Positions 16,612 through 26,571 of a DNA stretch of 64,000 nt are shown here, in pieces. Below the pieces are notes generated by a model that saw only the letters and a program-made list of their open reading frames with translations, made no database searches and was not told the DNA's origin. Made by a program: the position numbers and the translations under genes. This DNA comes from Planctomycetota bacterium (GTDB lineage Bacteria; Planctomycetota; SZUA-567; H5-PLA8), in contig BTVV01000013.1 of NCBI GenBank assembly GCA_045863855.1, positions 18,834-82,833 of the forward strand. The letters are read 5' to 3'. The stretch's first letter is position 1; each line of letters begins with the position of its first letter.

Positions 16612-19530
16612 TTAGCGCCCCGGACCTTCGGGCATGCTGGGCGGCTTGATCGGGGCGGGACTTTCCTCCGCCGCGCCCAGATCGGGGAAGGTGATCTTGA
16701 TGATATCGCCGCCGCTGGCCGGCTTGACCTTCAGCGCGATATCGGTCACGAACTCGGGCAGATCCAGATCCAGCGCCTGACCGGGCTGCAAGTCTACGGT
16801 CAGGGTCTTGACGACCGCCCCGGAGCGCGTGTCCCAGCATTCCAGGCGGTACTTGCCTGGCGCGAGCCCCTGAACTTGCGCGCCTACGTTCTCGAACTTC
16901 GCGCGATGCGGCAGCTCCGGCAGTTCGTTCATCGCGTTGACGTCGTAAATCCAGACGTACGCCCCGTCCTTCCAGCGGTACTGCAGGCCGCCCAATCCGC
17001 CGCTGCGGCGCGTGAAACGCACTTGCTCCGTCACCGCTTCCAGCCCGCGGCGGTCTTCGCCGGCGATGTAGTTCGCGAACGCACGGAAGGTCGGATACAG
17101 CTCGCGCTTGTCGATGAAGTCGTACCACCAAAAGAGCGGCGCACCGCCCGCCTCGGTCATCCAGGTGGACCAGAGTCCGCAATGCAGATCGGCTTCCAGG
17201 CGCGGGATGCTCGTGGCGTTCCAGTTCCCGCCGAACTCGGTGATCCAATACGGCTTCTTCGCTTCGCGAAAGGCGTTCGCCCACGCTTGCGCGATGGCGT
17301 GGTAGCCCGGTTGCGCGCGATAGGCATCGCCGACGATGTAGTCCATCGCGGGCGAGAGCGCCAACTCCTTATCCACGTAGGTGTAGTCGGTGGCGTAGTG
17401 GTTGGTGACCAAGTGCCCGTAGGTATCGTATTCGCGCAGCGCTCCCAGCATTTCGCGCGCCCAATCCTGGCCTTCCGGGGTACGGAAGTAGTTGCGGCCT
17501 TTGGGATGGCTGGGTTTACCCTTGCTTCCGTCGCCGATCAGGTCGTACTCGCTCACCAGTTCCCAGCCCATAATCGTCGGATCGGCTCCCCAGCGCGCGG
17601 CGATGTAGCGCAGCCGCTTCTTATGCAGGTTCTTGGCCGCAGCCTGGGTCAGGAACTGGCTAGGCGTCGCGACCACGCCACCGGGTTCGGTGAGCCGGTT
17701 CAAGGGATTGAGGTCCCATTCCCAGTCGCACCACTGGCTGAACTTGCCGTGGTTATCGATCACCAGGTGGATGCGCATGCCGTGCTCGCGGGCCAATGCC
17801 AGCACTCGGTCGAGCTTCCATGCGTGCTCCAGGCTGTAACGCCCCGGCCCGTGGAAATGCCGCCAGCGCCGTGTCCACTCGATCGCCAGCCACCACGAGG
17901 CCATCCATACTTCGCCCACCGACTCCCCCGCCGCCGACATCTTGGGGAAGAAGTCTTTGTACATATTCAAGCCGCGGAAGAGCGGCGGATCCTTTTCGAA
18001 GATCACATCCCAGCAGCGCAGATCCACCGGCGAGTGGACGTTGTGGCCCACCGGATAAAAAAAGCTTCCGTCCTCGAACTCGAAGCAGCGCGGATCTTTG
18101 CGCGCCACGCGTACGAATCCTTTGTGCCCGGAAGGGACGGCCGTAAAGCGCACCGGGGGCGCCGCTACGCTCACTTCCTTTTCGGTGCCCGGGTACAGCG
18201 TGGCCTGAACGGCGATCGTGTGCTCGCCCAGTTCGCGCGGCGTGACGCGGACGTGCCATTCCGGCCGGCCCACCGGAGCCAGCCGTTCCTCGGCGAAGTA
18301 AGGCTCGTCCTCGAAGTCCTGATGCCAGAAGCCGAAGACCTGCAGCGTCCGCCCCGAAGGCGCGGTCACCGTCGCGCGGATATCGGCCTGTTCGGGATCG
18401 AACGGGTTGTAGACCTGTCGGTTGAGTTCGAAGCGCACCGCGCAGGTCTGGAAGAGCCCGACGCGCGGGAGTCCGCTGCCGCCTGCCTCGGCTGGCGCCG
18501 CCAGCGGATCGGTGCGCAAGTTGAGGATCTCCAGCGCCTGCTCGTCGGGATCGCGAGCGGGCGCGCGCTCCCAGAGCAGGTTCAGCTCGGCCAGCCGTTC
18601 GCGATCGGCGTCGCTCTCCGCGTGGCGCTGCTCCTGCGCAAGCACCTTCTCGAAGCGCTCCTGCCGCAGCCACCCGCGGAAGCGATCGAGGTGCAGCTTG
18701 CCCGCAAAGGGGCGGTCGCCGTAAAAGGTGATGCCGATGGTCCGGACCTGACTGGCCTGGTTCTCTTCCCAGGCGCCCAAGTGTCCCAACGGCGCGACGT
18801 CGGGGCTCCCGCCTCGCAGATCGGCCGTGACCGTCGTCCATTCGCCGGGTTGCAGCGCCGCTTTGCTGCGCGCCTGGAACCAGCGTCCATCCTTGTCCTT
18901 CAGGAAGAACAGGCAGCCCACATAGCCCCGCACTTCGGCCGGGACAAAGACGTCGTAAGCGATGAAGCGCACGCCGGACATGCCCGTGGGGCGGCGGAAA
19001 ATCGTGCAGGCATCGGGAAAGTGGACGGGAACAGACAGGCTCGCGCGGCTTTGGGGGTGGCTCACAACACCCGCATCGACCTCCAGCGGCATGCCGTCCA
19101 GGGCCGGATCGCGCGCCGTTTCGCCTTCGTCTTCGCCGGTCGGCGGTTCTTGCTCCGCCGGCGCCGGTTCCGTCGGCGGGACTTCCGGATCGGGCGTTTC
19201 GGCCGATGGTGCGACCCGCACGATCCCGTTTTCATCCAACGCCAGCGACTGCTCTTGTTCGAGCCGCCAGCTTTCCGCATCCGCATCCCAACTGAAAAGC
19301 GGCTCTTGAGGATGCGGGAACCAGCCTTGCTCGGGGGTCAACTCCGCCAGCGCAACCCGCGCCAGCGCCGCCGCCGGACGCTCCGGCGGCTCGCGCAGTG
19401 CCGTGTCTTGCACATCGCTGAAGACCAGGAAGGCGGTTCCCGCCACCAGCACCACGGCCACCAGACCCAAGATCGGGTACAGGATCTTCGAAAGCGTGGT
19501 TGCGGGCTGAACTTGCACGTGGTGCCTCAC
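16612..19530 (-). CDS. Membrane-anchored clan-A (GH5-like) glycoside hydrolase with carbohydrate-binding and DUF5060-like domains
   Basis: N-terminal TM, NPFDP..F, FEFEDGSFFYPVG, RYIAARWG..WELVSE, YWITEFG. Confidence 0.7.
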   Translation of the reverse strand: MRHHVQVQPATTLSKILYPILGLVAVVLVAGTAFLVFSDVQDTALREPPERPAAALARVALAELTPEQGWFPHPQEPLFSWDADAESWRLEQEQSLALDENGIVRVAPSAETPDPEVPPTEPAPAEQEPPTGEDEGETARDPALDGMPLEVDAGVVSHPQSRASLSVPVHFPDACTIFRRPTGMSGVRFIAYDVFVPAEVRGYVGCLFFLKDKDGRWFQARSKAALQPGEWTTVTADLRGGSPDVAPLGHLGAWEENQASQVRTIGITFYGDRPFAGKLHLDRFRGWLRQERFEKVLAQEQRHAESDADRERLAELNLLWERAPARDPDEQALEILNLRTDPLAAPAEAGGSGLPRVGLFQTCAVRFELNRQVYNPFDPEQADIRATVTAPSGRTLQVFGFWHQDFEDEPYFAEERLAPVGRPEWHVRVTPRELGEHTIAVQATLYPGTEKEVSVAAPPVRFTAVPSGHKGFVRVARKDPRCFEFEDGSFFYPVGHNVHSPVDLRCWDVIFEKDPPLFRGLNMYKDFFPKMSAAGESVGEVWMASWWLAIEWTRRWRHFHGPGRYSLEHAWKLDRVLALAREHGMRIHLVIDNHGKFSQWCDWEWDLNPLNRLTEPGGVVATPSQFLTQAAAKNLHKKRLRYIAARWGADPTIMGWELVSEYDLIGDGSKGKPSHPKGRNYFRTPEGQDWAREMLGALREYDTYGHLVTNHYATDYTYVDKELALSPAMDYIVGDAYRAQPGYHAIAQAWANAFREAKKPYWITEFGGNWNATSIPRLEADLHCGLWSTWMTEAGGAPLFWWYDFIDKRELYPTFRAFANYIAGEDRRGLEAVTEQVRFTRRSGGLGGLQYRWKDGAYVWIYDVNAMNELPELPHRAKFENVGAQVQGLAPGKYRLECWDTRSGAVVKTLTVDLQPGQALDLDLPEFVTDIALKVKPASGGDIIKITFPDLGAAEESPAPIKPPSMPEGPGR

Positions 19531-19809
19531 TCGGTGCGAGCTATACCATCAGACGCCGTAAGGTCAACTCCAGCGGCAGGTTTCCGGATTGATCCAGACA
19601 GCCGCCGACAAGCAGAAGCATGTATTCAACCTCACGAGGTGCCTTGAAGTCACTTGAAGGCTCGTCGGCCTCTGTCCTAACCCTTTACAGGGCAGATAGA
19701 TGAATCCGTTAAGCGATTTTCCCAGGAAGTTCGCTCTATCTCGGGACCGCGAGCAGGAATCCAGTGAAGTCCTTCGTCACAATCCTGGCGCTGGACTCGT
19801 CCACGAGTA

Positions 19810-20793
19810 ATGGCGCGGGGACCGACGATGATCACAGCCCAGCGGACTATTCTGACGCTTGGGGCGATGCTGGCCTTGAGCTTTGGCGCGAGTGCGGCTG
19901 AAAAGGACGAGCCCGTCTGCACCGTCGTTCGGCTCGACGACGGCCGCGAGGTTCGCGGCATTGTGCTCGAAGAAAACGAGCGCGAACTGCTCCTGCGCAC
20001 TTGGACGGGCGATAAGCGCATCATGCGCAGCCTGATCACCGATTATCGGCGCAACTTGAGTCTCGAGGAGCGCGCGTCGATCCTGCGCGGAGCAGATCCG
20101 TGGAAAGACAGCGCGGAGTGGAAGGCCCGCGACGCCGAGTTTGCGGGCGGCGCGAAGAAGGTCGAGACGCCTTCGGTCGAACGCATTCCGCCACGTGGCG
20201 GTACGCCCGGTCCGGCTGTCGCGCGGCACGCCTCGCCGTCGCCTGCTTCCGCGCCCAGCGCCGATATCGGAGCGTCTGGCCGCGCCGGATCGGACCTCCT
20301 GGGCCGGCTCGACAAGCGCGTCTCGCTCGAACTGGTCGACGACAAGCTTGAAGACGCCCTCGACATGATCGGCGTCATGACGGGCATCAACATCATCCTG
20401 CACCCCAAGGTCCGCGAGGCGCAGCAGAAAGTCTCGCTCAACGTCAGCAACATGGACGCCGCGAACGTGCTCAAGTGGCTCACCCGGTTGACCGACACGC
20501 ACATCCAAGTCGACGATCAGGCGATTTTCATCACCGACAAGCCCGATGAGGGCGAAGACGACCGGGAGCGCAACGAAATCCTGATGACGCTGGCGGCCAA
20601 CGGAGTCGATTTGACCGTGATGCCTCCGGGCGGTCAGCCGCTGACGGACGCCGAGCGCATGCAGGTCGCCATGGCGATTCACGAGAAGACCAACCCGAAG
20701 CCGACGGACTTCCCCGGGCCGGAGATGGGTCTGGTAGGAGCCGAAGAGAACAGCGGCTTCGCCGCCAACCCCTTTATGGTTCCGGGCCGCTGA
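19810..20793 (+). CDS. Secreted protein with STN (secretin N-terminal-like) domain
   Basis: Signal peptide; LDKRVSLELVDDKLEDALDMI...VSLNVSNMDAANVLKWL. Confidence 0.6.
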   Translation: MARGPTMITAQRTILTLGAMLALSFGASAAEKDEPVCTVVRLDDGREVRGIVLEENERELLLRTWTGDKRIMRSLITDYRRNLSLEERASILRGADPWKDSAEWKARDAEFAGGAKKVETPSVERIPPRGGTPGPAVARHASPSPASAPSADIGASGRAGSDLLGRLDKRVSLELVDDKLEDALDMIGVMTGINIILHPKVREAQQKVSLNVSNMDAANVLKWLTRLTDTHIQVDDQAIFITDKPDEGEDDRERNEILMTLAANGVDLTVMPPGGQPLTDAERMQVAMAIHEKTNPKPTDFPGPEMGLVGAEENSGFAANPFMVPGR

Positions 20794-20845
20794 GCCTGCG
20801 GCAGCGCCTTACGGCTTGAACTTTGCAACCTCCGAGGACATAACC

Positions 20846-21280
20846 ATGGGCGAGTCGGCCGTGATTCCGGTCCGCAAAGCGGAGAAGCCGCTGGTCATGC
20901 AACGCATTCCCACCTTGGTGGGCACCTCGGGTCATTTCACGGGCGAAGTCTTCCCGCTGGAATACGGCAAGACCATCGCCGTGGGCCGCAGCCGCACCGC
21001 CGATTTCTCGCTGCGCCGCACTCAGAAATACCGCGATCAGAAGCCCGAGGACCGCGAATCCGACGCCGACGCGAAGACCGTCAGCGCCAAGCACTTCGAG
21101 ATTACGATGTACAACCTCGGCTCGATCGAGATCCGCAACCTGTCCAGCAACGGGACCTTCGTCGACGGCAAGCGCATCGATACGCTGATCGTGGACGACG
21201 TGGCCAAGAAGTCGCACGAGATTCGTTTCGGGAAGGACGAAGTCTTAAAGCTTGAGATGCGCGTCCACGAGGATCTGTAG
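20846..21280 (+). CDS. FHA domain protein
   Basis: VGRS, VSAKHFEI, NLSSNGTFVDG; GAGG RBS. Confidence 0.85.
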   Translation: MGESAVIPVRKAEKPLVMQRIPTLVGTSGHFTGEVFPLEYGKTIAVGRSRTADFSLRRTQKYRDQKPEDRESDADAKTVSAKHFEITMYNLGSIEIRNLSSNGTFVDGKRIDTLIVDDVAKKSHEIRFGKDEVLKLEMRVHEDL

Positions 21281-21336
21281 GCCGGCGCTCGATTGGGCCG
21301 CAGATGGCCGCGGCCTGGACCGCCGCAGAAAATGCG

Positions 21337-22158
21337 TTACCCCCTCCGTTTCCTTCCGCCCTTATGGCGCACCGGCTGCGGCAGCGCCTCCTGCTTCGGG
21401 CCGTTACGAAGCCCCAATCGATCCAACTCCCTTCGATTCAATTGGCATTTGGCGTAGCCGTAAACATGGCTGCGTCCGTACAGGAGCTGTAGGCGCTCCC
21501 AATTCGAGTAAAAATCTATTGTGCCCACAAACACATCCGAAACTTTATGGCTCCATTCGTGCTGCGCAAGAATTCGCAGGTCAATGCGATACCAGACATG
21601 TGCCCTGCGGTGATACTGAACCAGCGGATCGCGCGGGTCGGTGCGGCGTTCTTGCAATCCTTCCGCCAGCTTGAGTCTTTTGCGGCGCCGCGCTTTGGTG
21701 TTGTAGAGGGGATTGCGACGGAGCACCCCGGTGCGCGGATCGACGTACAATTCGCCTCGAAAGTCTTTCAACGTCCGTAAGAGTCCCCATTCGAGAACCT
21801 GGATGCGGCCCTGCCGATCCACCTGCGTATGCACGGCCACGAAATCCCTGAGGTGCTGAAAGATGTGAAGTTGCACCGCGCTGTCCAGGCGCAGATGTTC
21901 GGCGATTTCGGCATGGACTTTATTCCATGGCCGGCCCACGCGGCTGTGCAGAAAGCGCCTGAGCGGCATCAAGTTCTCGTTCAGCGACTTGCGCCTTCGA
22001 TATTCGGCCCACGGCCGCCGCATGCCTAACTGCCGGGGCAATTCGTCGGCTGCTGCTGCGGATTGCCTGCGTTGCGCGTGATCCTTAGCACGCGGAAACG
22101 AGCCGCCGGGGTTATAGCGCGGGCGCTCGACGATAATTTTGGCCATATCGGTACGCAT
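21337..22158 (-). CDS. Hypothetical, highly Arg/Lys-rich protein
   Basis: AAGGAG RBS; MRTDMAKIIVERPR..LNENLMPLRRFLHSRVGRPWNKVHAEI..LYVDPRTGVL. Confidence 0.75.
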   Translation of the reverse strand: MRTDMAKIIVERPRYNPGGSFPRAKDHAQRRQSAAAADELPRQLGMRRPWAEYRRRKSLNENLMPLRRFLHSRVGRPWNKVHAEIAEHLRLDSAVQLHIFQHLRDFVAVHTQVDRQGRIQVLEWGLLRTLKDFRGELYVDPRTGVLRRNPLYNTKARRRKRLKLAEGLQERRTDPRDPLVQYHRRAHVWYRIDLRILAQHEWSHKVSDVFVGTIDFYSNWERLQLLYGRSHVYGYAKCQLNRRELDRLGLRNGPKQEALPQPVRHKGGRKRRG

Positions 22159-22254
22159 ACGAACTCCTTGGATCGCACGACGCCAGCGCCGCGCCGCGTC
22201 ACGTTTCGCGGCATCGCACAGGCTTGCTCTAAGCCTGGAGGTACAGAGTTAGCT

Positions 22255-22285
22255 GAAAAGAATGGCCGTCCCGCGGGGGACGGCC
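22255..22285 (-). terminator. Intrinsic terminator/attenuator hairpin in the leader of 21337..22158
   Basis: Minus strand GGCCGTCCC-ccgc-GGGACGGCC followed by ATTCTTTTC. Confidence 0.65.
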
Positions 22286-22336
22286 TCGGCGAAAGGCTAG
22301 GCGGAGGTCAGACGGCTGGCGTCCCGGCGAGAGCAG

Positions 22337-22363
22337 CTACAGCTGAGGAATTCGCACCGTCAT
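22337..22363 (-). CDS. Putative leader peptide MTVRIPQL
   Basis: AAGGAG (22371-22376) 7 nt before ATG; 8 codons plus TAG; precedes the terminator hairpin. Confidence 0.55.
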   Translation of the reverse strand: MTVRIPQL

Positions 22364-22413
22364 GTTCTAACTCCTTGCTAAAACATTCACGGCCTCGTCG
22401 CCGCAGACGGGGG

Positions 22414-22443
22414 ACTAAATCACATCGACCGGCCCAGTGTCAA
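22414..22443 (-). promoter_or_regulatory. Putative sigma70 promoter for the leader
   Basis: TTGACA (22443-22438), 18 nt, TTTAGT with extended TG. Confidence 0.45.
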
Positions 22444-22477
22444 ATCGGGCGGAAACTTTTTCGCCTAAGCCGCGCGC

Positions 22478-22879
22478 CTACTTTGCCGCATCCGTGCTGT
22501 TCGTCGCGATGGTGGTTCGCTTCAAGCGGATCTTGTGCGTCTTGCCTTCGCGCTCGACCGTGAACTCGCCGCCGAACTTATCGGCTTCGTACGGCCCCCC
22601 TTGCCACGCGACGGTCTTCGTGGCCGCATCGTACGTGTACTTGCCCTCGCCGCCGGGCTTTCCGCCCGGGAGCAGCACCTTGTAGACGCCGCCGGCTTCC
22701 AGCACGAGCGAACCCAGCACAAGCGGCGGGCGGCCGATCGCTCCGTACGATTGAATGACATACGTGCCCAACCGCGGCCCGGCGCTGGTATCGCCGGCAG
22801 CCTCTTCGGCGCTCAGGGTGCCCGCCAGACCCAGCACTACGACGCAAGCCGCAGTCAATCCACTCATTACGTTCCGCAT
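22478..22879 (-). CDS. Small secreted hypothetical protein
   Basis: GAGGAG RBS, signal peptide, beta-rich mature region. Confidence 0.65.
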   Translation of the reverse strand: MRNVMSGLTAACVVVLGLAGTLSAEEAAGDTSAGPRLGTYVIQSYGAIGRPPLVLGSLVLEAGGVYKVLLPGGKPGGEGKYTYDAATKTVAWQGGPYEADKFGGEFTVEREGKTHKIRLKRTTIATNSTDAAK

Positions 22880-23010
22880 AAACGCTCCTCGAAATTGAAT
22901 CGCGCTCGATGTCCAGATCGTAAGCACCGGCCTCGCGATCGCCACGGCATTCCGTGCTGCATCCACGGTTCAGTGTAAATTCAAGGATTCCCAATCCGGC
23001 ATTCCCCACG

Positions 23011-23889
23011 CTACACGCGCTGTTGCTTCACGAAGTCCCGCACGCGCTGGCCGCTGACATCCTTAAACAGTTTCGAGAGATGAAACGGGCTGCAGAAGCC
23101 CAGCCGAGCGGCGACTTGTTTGAGCGACGCGCCGGGTTCCGCGAGCCGGCGGCGCGCTTCCTGCACGCGCAGCCAGCGCACGCGCGACATCACCGTCATC
23201 CCGGTCTTGGCCCGAAAACCGTGGGCCAGCGCCGAGACGGACATGCCCAGCGCCGCCGCGACTTCGTCCAGCGCCGGCGGGCTTCCCGAGGCGACCAGCT
23301 TGCCGGCGGCTTCGTCTACGCGCTTGAGCAGACTATCTTCGCTCCAGCCGCGGCCCGGAGCGGAGATGCGCCACGGGTCGCCCGGCAAGCCCGCGCCGCC
23401 GCCGCGAGCGGCCCGCGCCACCTCCGCCAGGATCACTTGCAAGTGCGCCGCGGCCACCGGTTCCGCGCCGGGCTCGCCGCTCTGCCGCAACGACCACATC
23501 GCACGAACGTGCGGCAAGAGACGCTCTTCGGGATCGGACAGCAGCGTGAACGGCCGTTCGCTCAGCGGCGCCCAAGCTTTGCGCAAGTCGAAGTAGAACC
23601 AGACGTGCTCGATCTGCCGCGGCGGCCGCTCGCTCATGTGCCAGTACGAGACGCCCGGGCGGTACACGTACCACGTATGCACCGGCCGCGGAAAGGCGCC
23701 GATCTCGATATCCCGGCTCTGCACCCGCAAATGGCCGCCCGGCAGCGCCACATACTCCATCAGCCACGGCTGCCATGTCCAAGGGCCGTACCACGTGCCC
23801 GGCACGTGCCGATAGGACCGCACCTCGCAGACCACCGAATGCAGCGCCGCGTCCGGAAGCTCGTGCAAGATTATGTATCTCCTTTGCAT
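23011..23889 (-). CDS. AraC family transcriptional regulator
   Basis: C-terminal double HTH (VAAALGMSVSALAHGF; VAARLGFCSPFHLSKLFK). Confidence 0.9.
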   Translation of the reverse strand: MQRRYIILHELPDAALHSVVCEVRSYRHVPGTWYGPWTWQPWLMEYVALPGGHLRVQSRDIEIGAFPRPVHTWYVYRPGVSYWHMSERPPRQIEHVWFYFDLRKAWAPLSERPFTLLSDPEERLLPHVRAMWSLRQSGEPGAEPVAAAHLQVILAEVARAARGGGAGLPGDPWRISAPGRGWSEDSLLKRVDEAAGKLVASGSPPALDEVAAALGMSVSALAHGFRAKTGMTVMSRVRWLRVQEARRRLAEPGASLKQVAARLGFCSPFHLSKLFKDVSGQRVRDFVKQQRV

Positions 23890-23899
23890 ATCGATGCAG

Positions 23900-23939
23900 A
23901 TTCGAGCAGGTAAGCTTAAATTCGAGCACTAAGCATTAC
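23900..23939. promoter_or_regulatory. Direct repeat, likely AraC half-sites
   Basis: ATTCGAGCA..TAAGC twice, starting 20 nt apart, between divergent AraC and PhyH genes. Confidence 0.45.
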
Positions 23940-23966
23940 AAGGATTTGTATTTTGGAGGCGCACCC

Positions 23967-24743
23967 ATGACCGAGCACGAACGCTACCTCTTCGACTTGC
24001 AGGGCTACGTGACCGTTCCCGGCGCCCTGGATGCCGAGCAGCTCCGCGCGCTGAACGCGATCCTTGACGAACGACTGGCCAAGCTCAGCGCCGAGAAAAC
24101 TTCGCACCGCTTCGGCGATCTGCTGAGTTGGGGGGCGCCGTATCGCGCGCTCCTCGATAACCCCGCGATCCTTCCGCACCTGGAGGCGCTGCTGGGCGAG
24201 CATCCGCGGCTCGACCATACTTACCTCGATATCATTCGCGGCGGCTTGAGCCCCATCGGCGCGACGCTGCACGGCGGGGGCACGCCTTACGATCCGGGCC
24301 AGTTTTACCAGTTCCGCGACGGGCGCATGTACAACGGGCTGGTGGTGATCGCGTACAATCTGCATGACGTGAACCCCGGCGATGGCGGCTTCGCGTGCGT
24401 GCCGGGCAGCCACAAAGCCAACTTGCCGTTGCCGAAAGAGTGGCGCGACCTGACTCAACCGCATCCGTGCGTGAAGGCCGTGACCGGGCCGGCGGGGACG
24501 GCGGTGCTCTTCACCGAAGCGCTCACCCACGGGCCGCTGCCGTGGCGCGGCGCGCACGACCGGCGCACGATCTTCTTCAAGTACAACGCGCACTGCATCA
24601 GCTACGCCGCCGGCTACTACGACCCCCAGACCTTCGCCTCGGACGAACTGACCGAGCGCCAGCGCGCGATGCTGGAAGCCCCCAACGCCCGCTACGGCGG
24701 CCGGCCCACCGCGCCGAAACCGCAGGCGGCGAAAGCGCAGTAA
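23967..24743 (+). CDS. PhyH-family Fe(II)/2-oxoglutarate oxygenase (HxG variant)
   Basis: FDLQGY, LHGG, GGFACVPGSHK, LTHG..W..RRTIFFKY; GGAGG RBS. Confidence 0.85.
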   Translation: MTEHERYLFDLQGYVTVPGALDAEQLRALNAILDERLAKLSAEKTSHRFGDLLSWGAPYRALLDNPAILPHLEALLGEHPRLDHTYLDIIRGGLSPIGATLHGGGTPYDPGQFYQFRDGRMYNGLVVIAYNLHDVNPGDGGFACVPGSHKANLPLPKEWRDLTQPHPCVKAVTGPAGTAVLFTEALTHGPLPWRGAHDRRTIFFKYNAHCISYAAGYYDPQTFASDELTERQRAMLEAPNARYGGRPTAPKPQAAKAQ

Positions 24744-24759
24744 TATCCTGGGTGAGCGG

Positions 24760-25830
24760 TTAGATCCGTGCGTACAGTTCGGCCAGCGCCGCGCCGCGCA
24801 CGGGCAGCGCGTGGACGCGTTCGGCATGCTCCCGCGCCGCGTGCCCGCGTTGCGCGAGCCGCTCCGGATCGCGCAGCCACTCGTAGAGCGCCTCCGCCCA
24901 CGCCGACGCGTCTTCGGCGGGCAGCACGCGAGCGCAAGCTGCATCCTCGCCGAACTCTCGCAAGCCCGGCTTATCGGCTAAAAGCAGCGGCACGCCGCAG
25001 GCCAGCAACTCGGCCGCAGGCCGCGAACTCCCATCGCTGCCCGTCGCGAAGACCAGCCCCGCGCGCAGCGCCGCCGCTTGCCGCGCGTAGCCCGTATCCG
25101 TCTCTTCCAGCACGATACGCTCGCGCGCCGGGTGCCGCGCGATCAGCCGCTCCAGTTCGGCGCGGTCTTCCCCGCGTCCCAGCAGCACCCCTTGCCACGG
25201 CACGCTGCGTTCGAGTTTTTCCAGCACGTTTAAAAACGCGCGCTGTCCACGGTCTTCGCCGGTCTTCCAGCGTCCGATCAAGCCCAACTTCGGCGGTCCC
25301 GGCGGCCGCTCGTGCCGCGGGCGATACGCATCCGTATCCACCGCCGACGGGAGGTACCGCGCTTCGCGCGCGCCGCCGGCCGCCAGAGTCGCGGCGTCGG
25401 CGCGGCTTGTGCAGACCAGCGCGTGGCAGCCTTGCGCCAATTCGCGCAACAGCGGGCTCGGTACGCGGCTGGGCGAACGATGCCACGTCCGCACCAGTTT
25501 GACGTGGCGCATCCGCCGCAGCGCCAGTTGCGCGAGCAACTGGTCGTCGCTGCGGTGCACGTGAACCGCGTCGAGCTTCAGGTCGTCCACCAGTGCGCGC
25601 AGCCGAGCGCCGTCGGCGGGCAGATGCAGGAGCCGCGCCGCGCCGCGGCCGAGCCGGAAGCCGCCGGCGAAGGCAACGCCCGCCTCCTGCGCGCCCTGCT
25701 CCGGATACGAGCCGCTCCGGCCGCCCAGCCACGCCGCGTGCCCCGCCGCGGAAAGCGCGCGGACGTCGTTTAACGCCGCCGCCACCGGGCCGGTCACGAT
25801 GCGTCCGTGGATCAGGTGCAGCACGTTCAA
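24760..25830 (-). CDS. Glycosyltransferase family 4
   Basis: HVHRSDD, AVDTDAY, IGR, LLGRGE, DGSSRPAAELLACGVP. Confidence 0.8.
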   Translation of the reverse strand: MNVLHLIHGRIVTGPVAAALNDVRALSAAGHAAWLGGRSGSYPEQGAQEAGVAFAGGFRLGRGAARLLHLPADGARLRALVDDLKLDAVHVHRSDDQLLAQLALRRMRHVKLVRTWHRSPSRVPSPLLRELAQGCHALVCTSRADAATLAAGGAREARYLPSAVDTDAYRPRHERPPGPPKLGLIGRWKTGEDRGQRAFLNVLEKLERSVPWQGVLLGRGEDRAELERLIARHPARERIVLEETDTGYARQAAALRAGLVFATGSDGSSRPAAELLACGVPLLLADKPGLREFGEDAACARVLPAEDASAWAEALYEWLRDPERLAQRGHAAREHAERVHALPVRGAALAELYARI

Positions 25831-25975
25831 GAGGCCGCTGTTGCTCCGATGCCGATGCGGACCAGTCTAGCGGTTGTCTGAATTCGGGCGAATGGAACTG
25901 CCGGGTTTGTAGGGGCCGTTCGTTAGCGCCAAGAGAAGGTGCGCGGGTCGGCGAGCCCTTGAAGAGGGTCCGCGC

Positions 25976-26569
25976 ATGTTTCAGGTACCGAATATTCGGA
26001 AGAACTTCATCCCCGTCGCCATATGCGTGGGGATTCTGCATCTCATACTGGCGGGCGTCGAGTTCGAGGTGTGTTGCTGGCGCCGCGCGCTCGCGGGGCT
26101 GGAATGGGTGTGGCAAGCAACCGCCTGGGAGCCGGATTGGCAGATGGGATTGAGTTTATATACATTGGCCGCGGTTTATTTGCTGTTGGTGGGATGGTTC
26201 GCGCTGCCGTTTGTACATCACTTCAAGCGAGCACCGCGCGGCGATCATGCATTGCGCCTGATGGGTCTGGCCCACGCGCTCCTGATGCTGGCCACCGGGT
26301 TGGAGATTATCCGCATCACAGAGCGGCCTTTTATGACGTGGAGCTTTGGGCCGTACACCCTCTCGCAAGGCTTGGCGCTGAATTGGTTCGAGCTCAGCAC
26401 TTACCTTTGGCTGCCGATCGCCGGCTGGCTGCTCACGCTATTGGCGCTCGGAACTCACGCGAGGCGCTATTTCACCGTGAATCGCGAACTGGCCGGGATC
26501 GTCGCCAGCGCTACGCTTAGCATCGTCGGCCTCGTGATCGGCCTCGGTTTGATGGTTAGTGTGCCGTGA
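25976..26569 (+). CDS. Integral membrane protein of unknown function
   Basis: About 5 hydrophobic segments. Confidence 0.6.
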   Translation: MFQVPNIRKNFIPVAICVGILHLILAGVEFEVCCWRRALAGLEWVWQATAWEPDWQMGLSLYTLAAVYLLLVGWFALPFVHHFKRAPRGDHALRLMGLAHALLMLATGLEIIRITERPFMTWSFGPYTLSQGLALNWFELSTYLWLPIAGWLLTLLALGTHARRYFTVNRELAGIVASATLSIVGLVIGLGLMVSVP

Positions 26570-26571
26570 AG

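Noticed and set aside
16546..19647. 1033-aa plus-strand ORF, and similar long ORFs 3409..4956, 26566..28626, 56279..58663
   Set aside because: Antisense shadows of motif-bearing genes; expected from high-GC codon bias and carry no motifs
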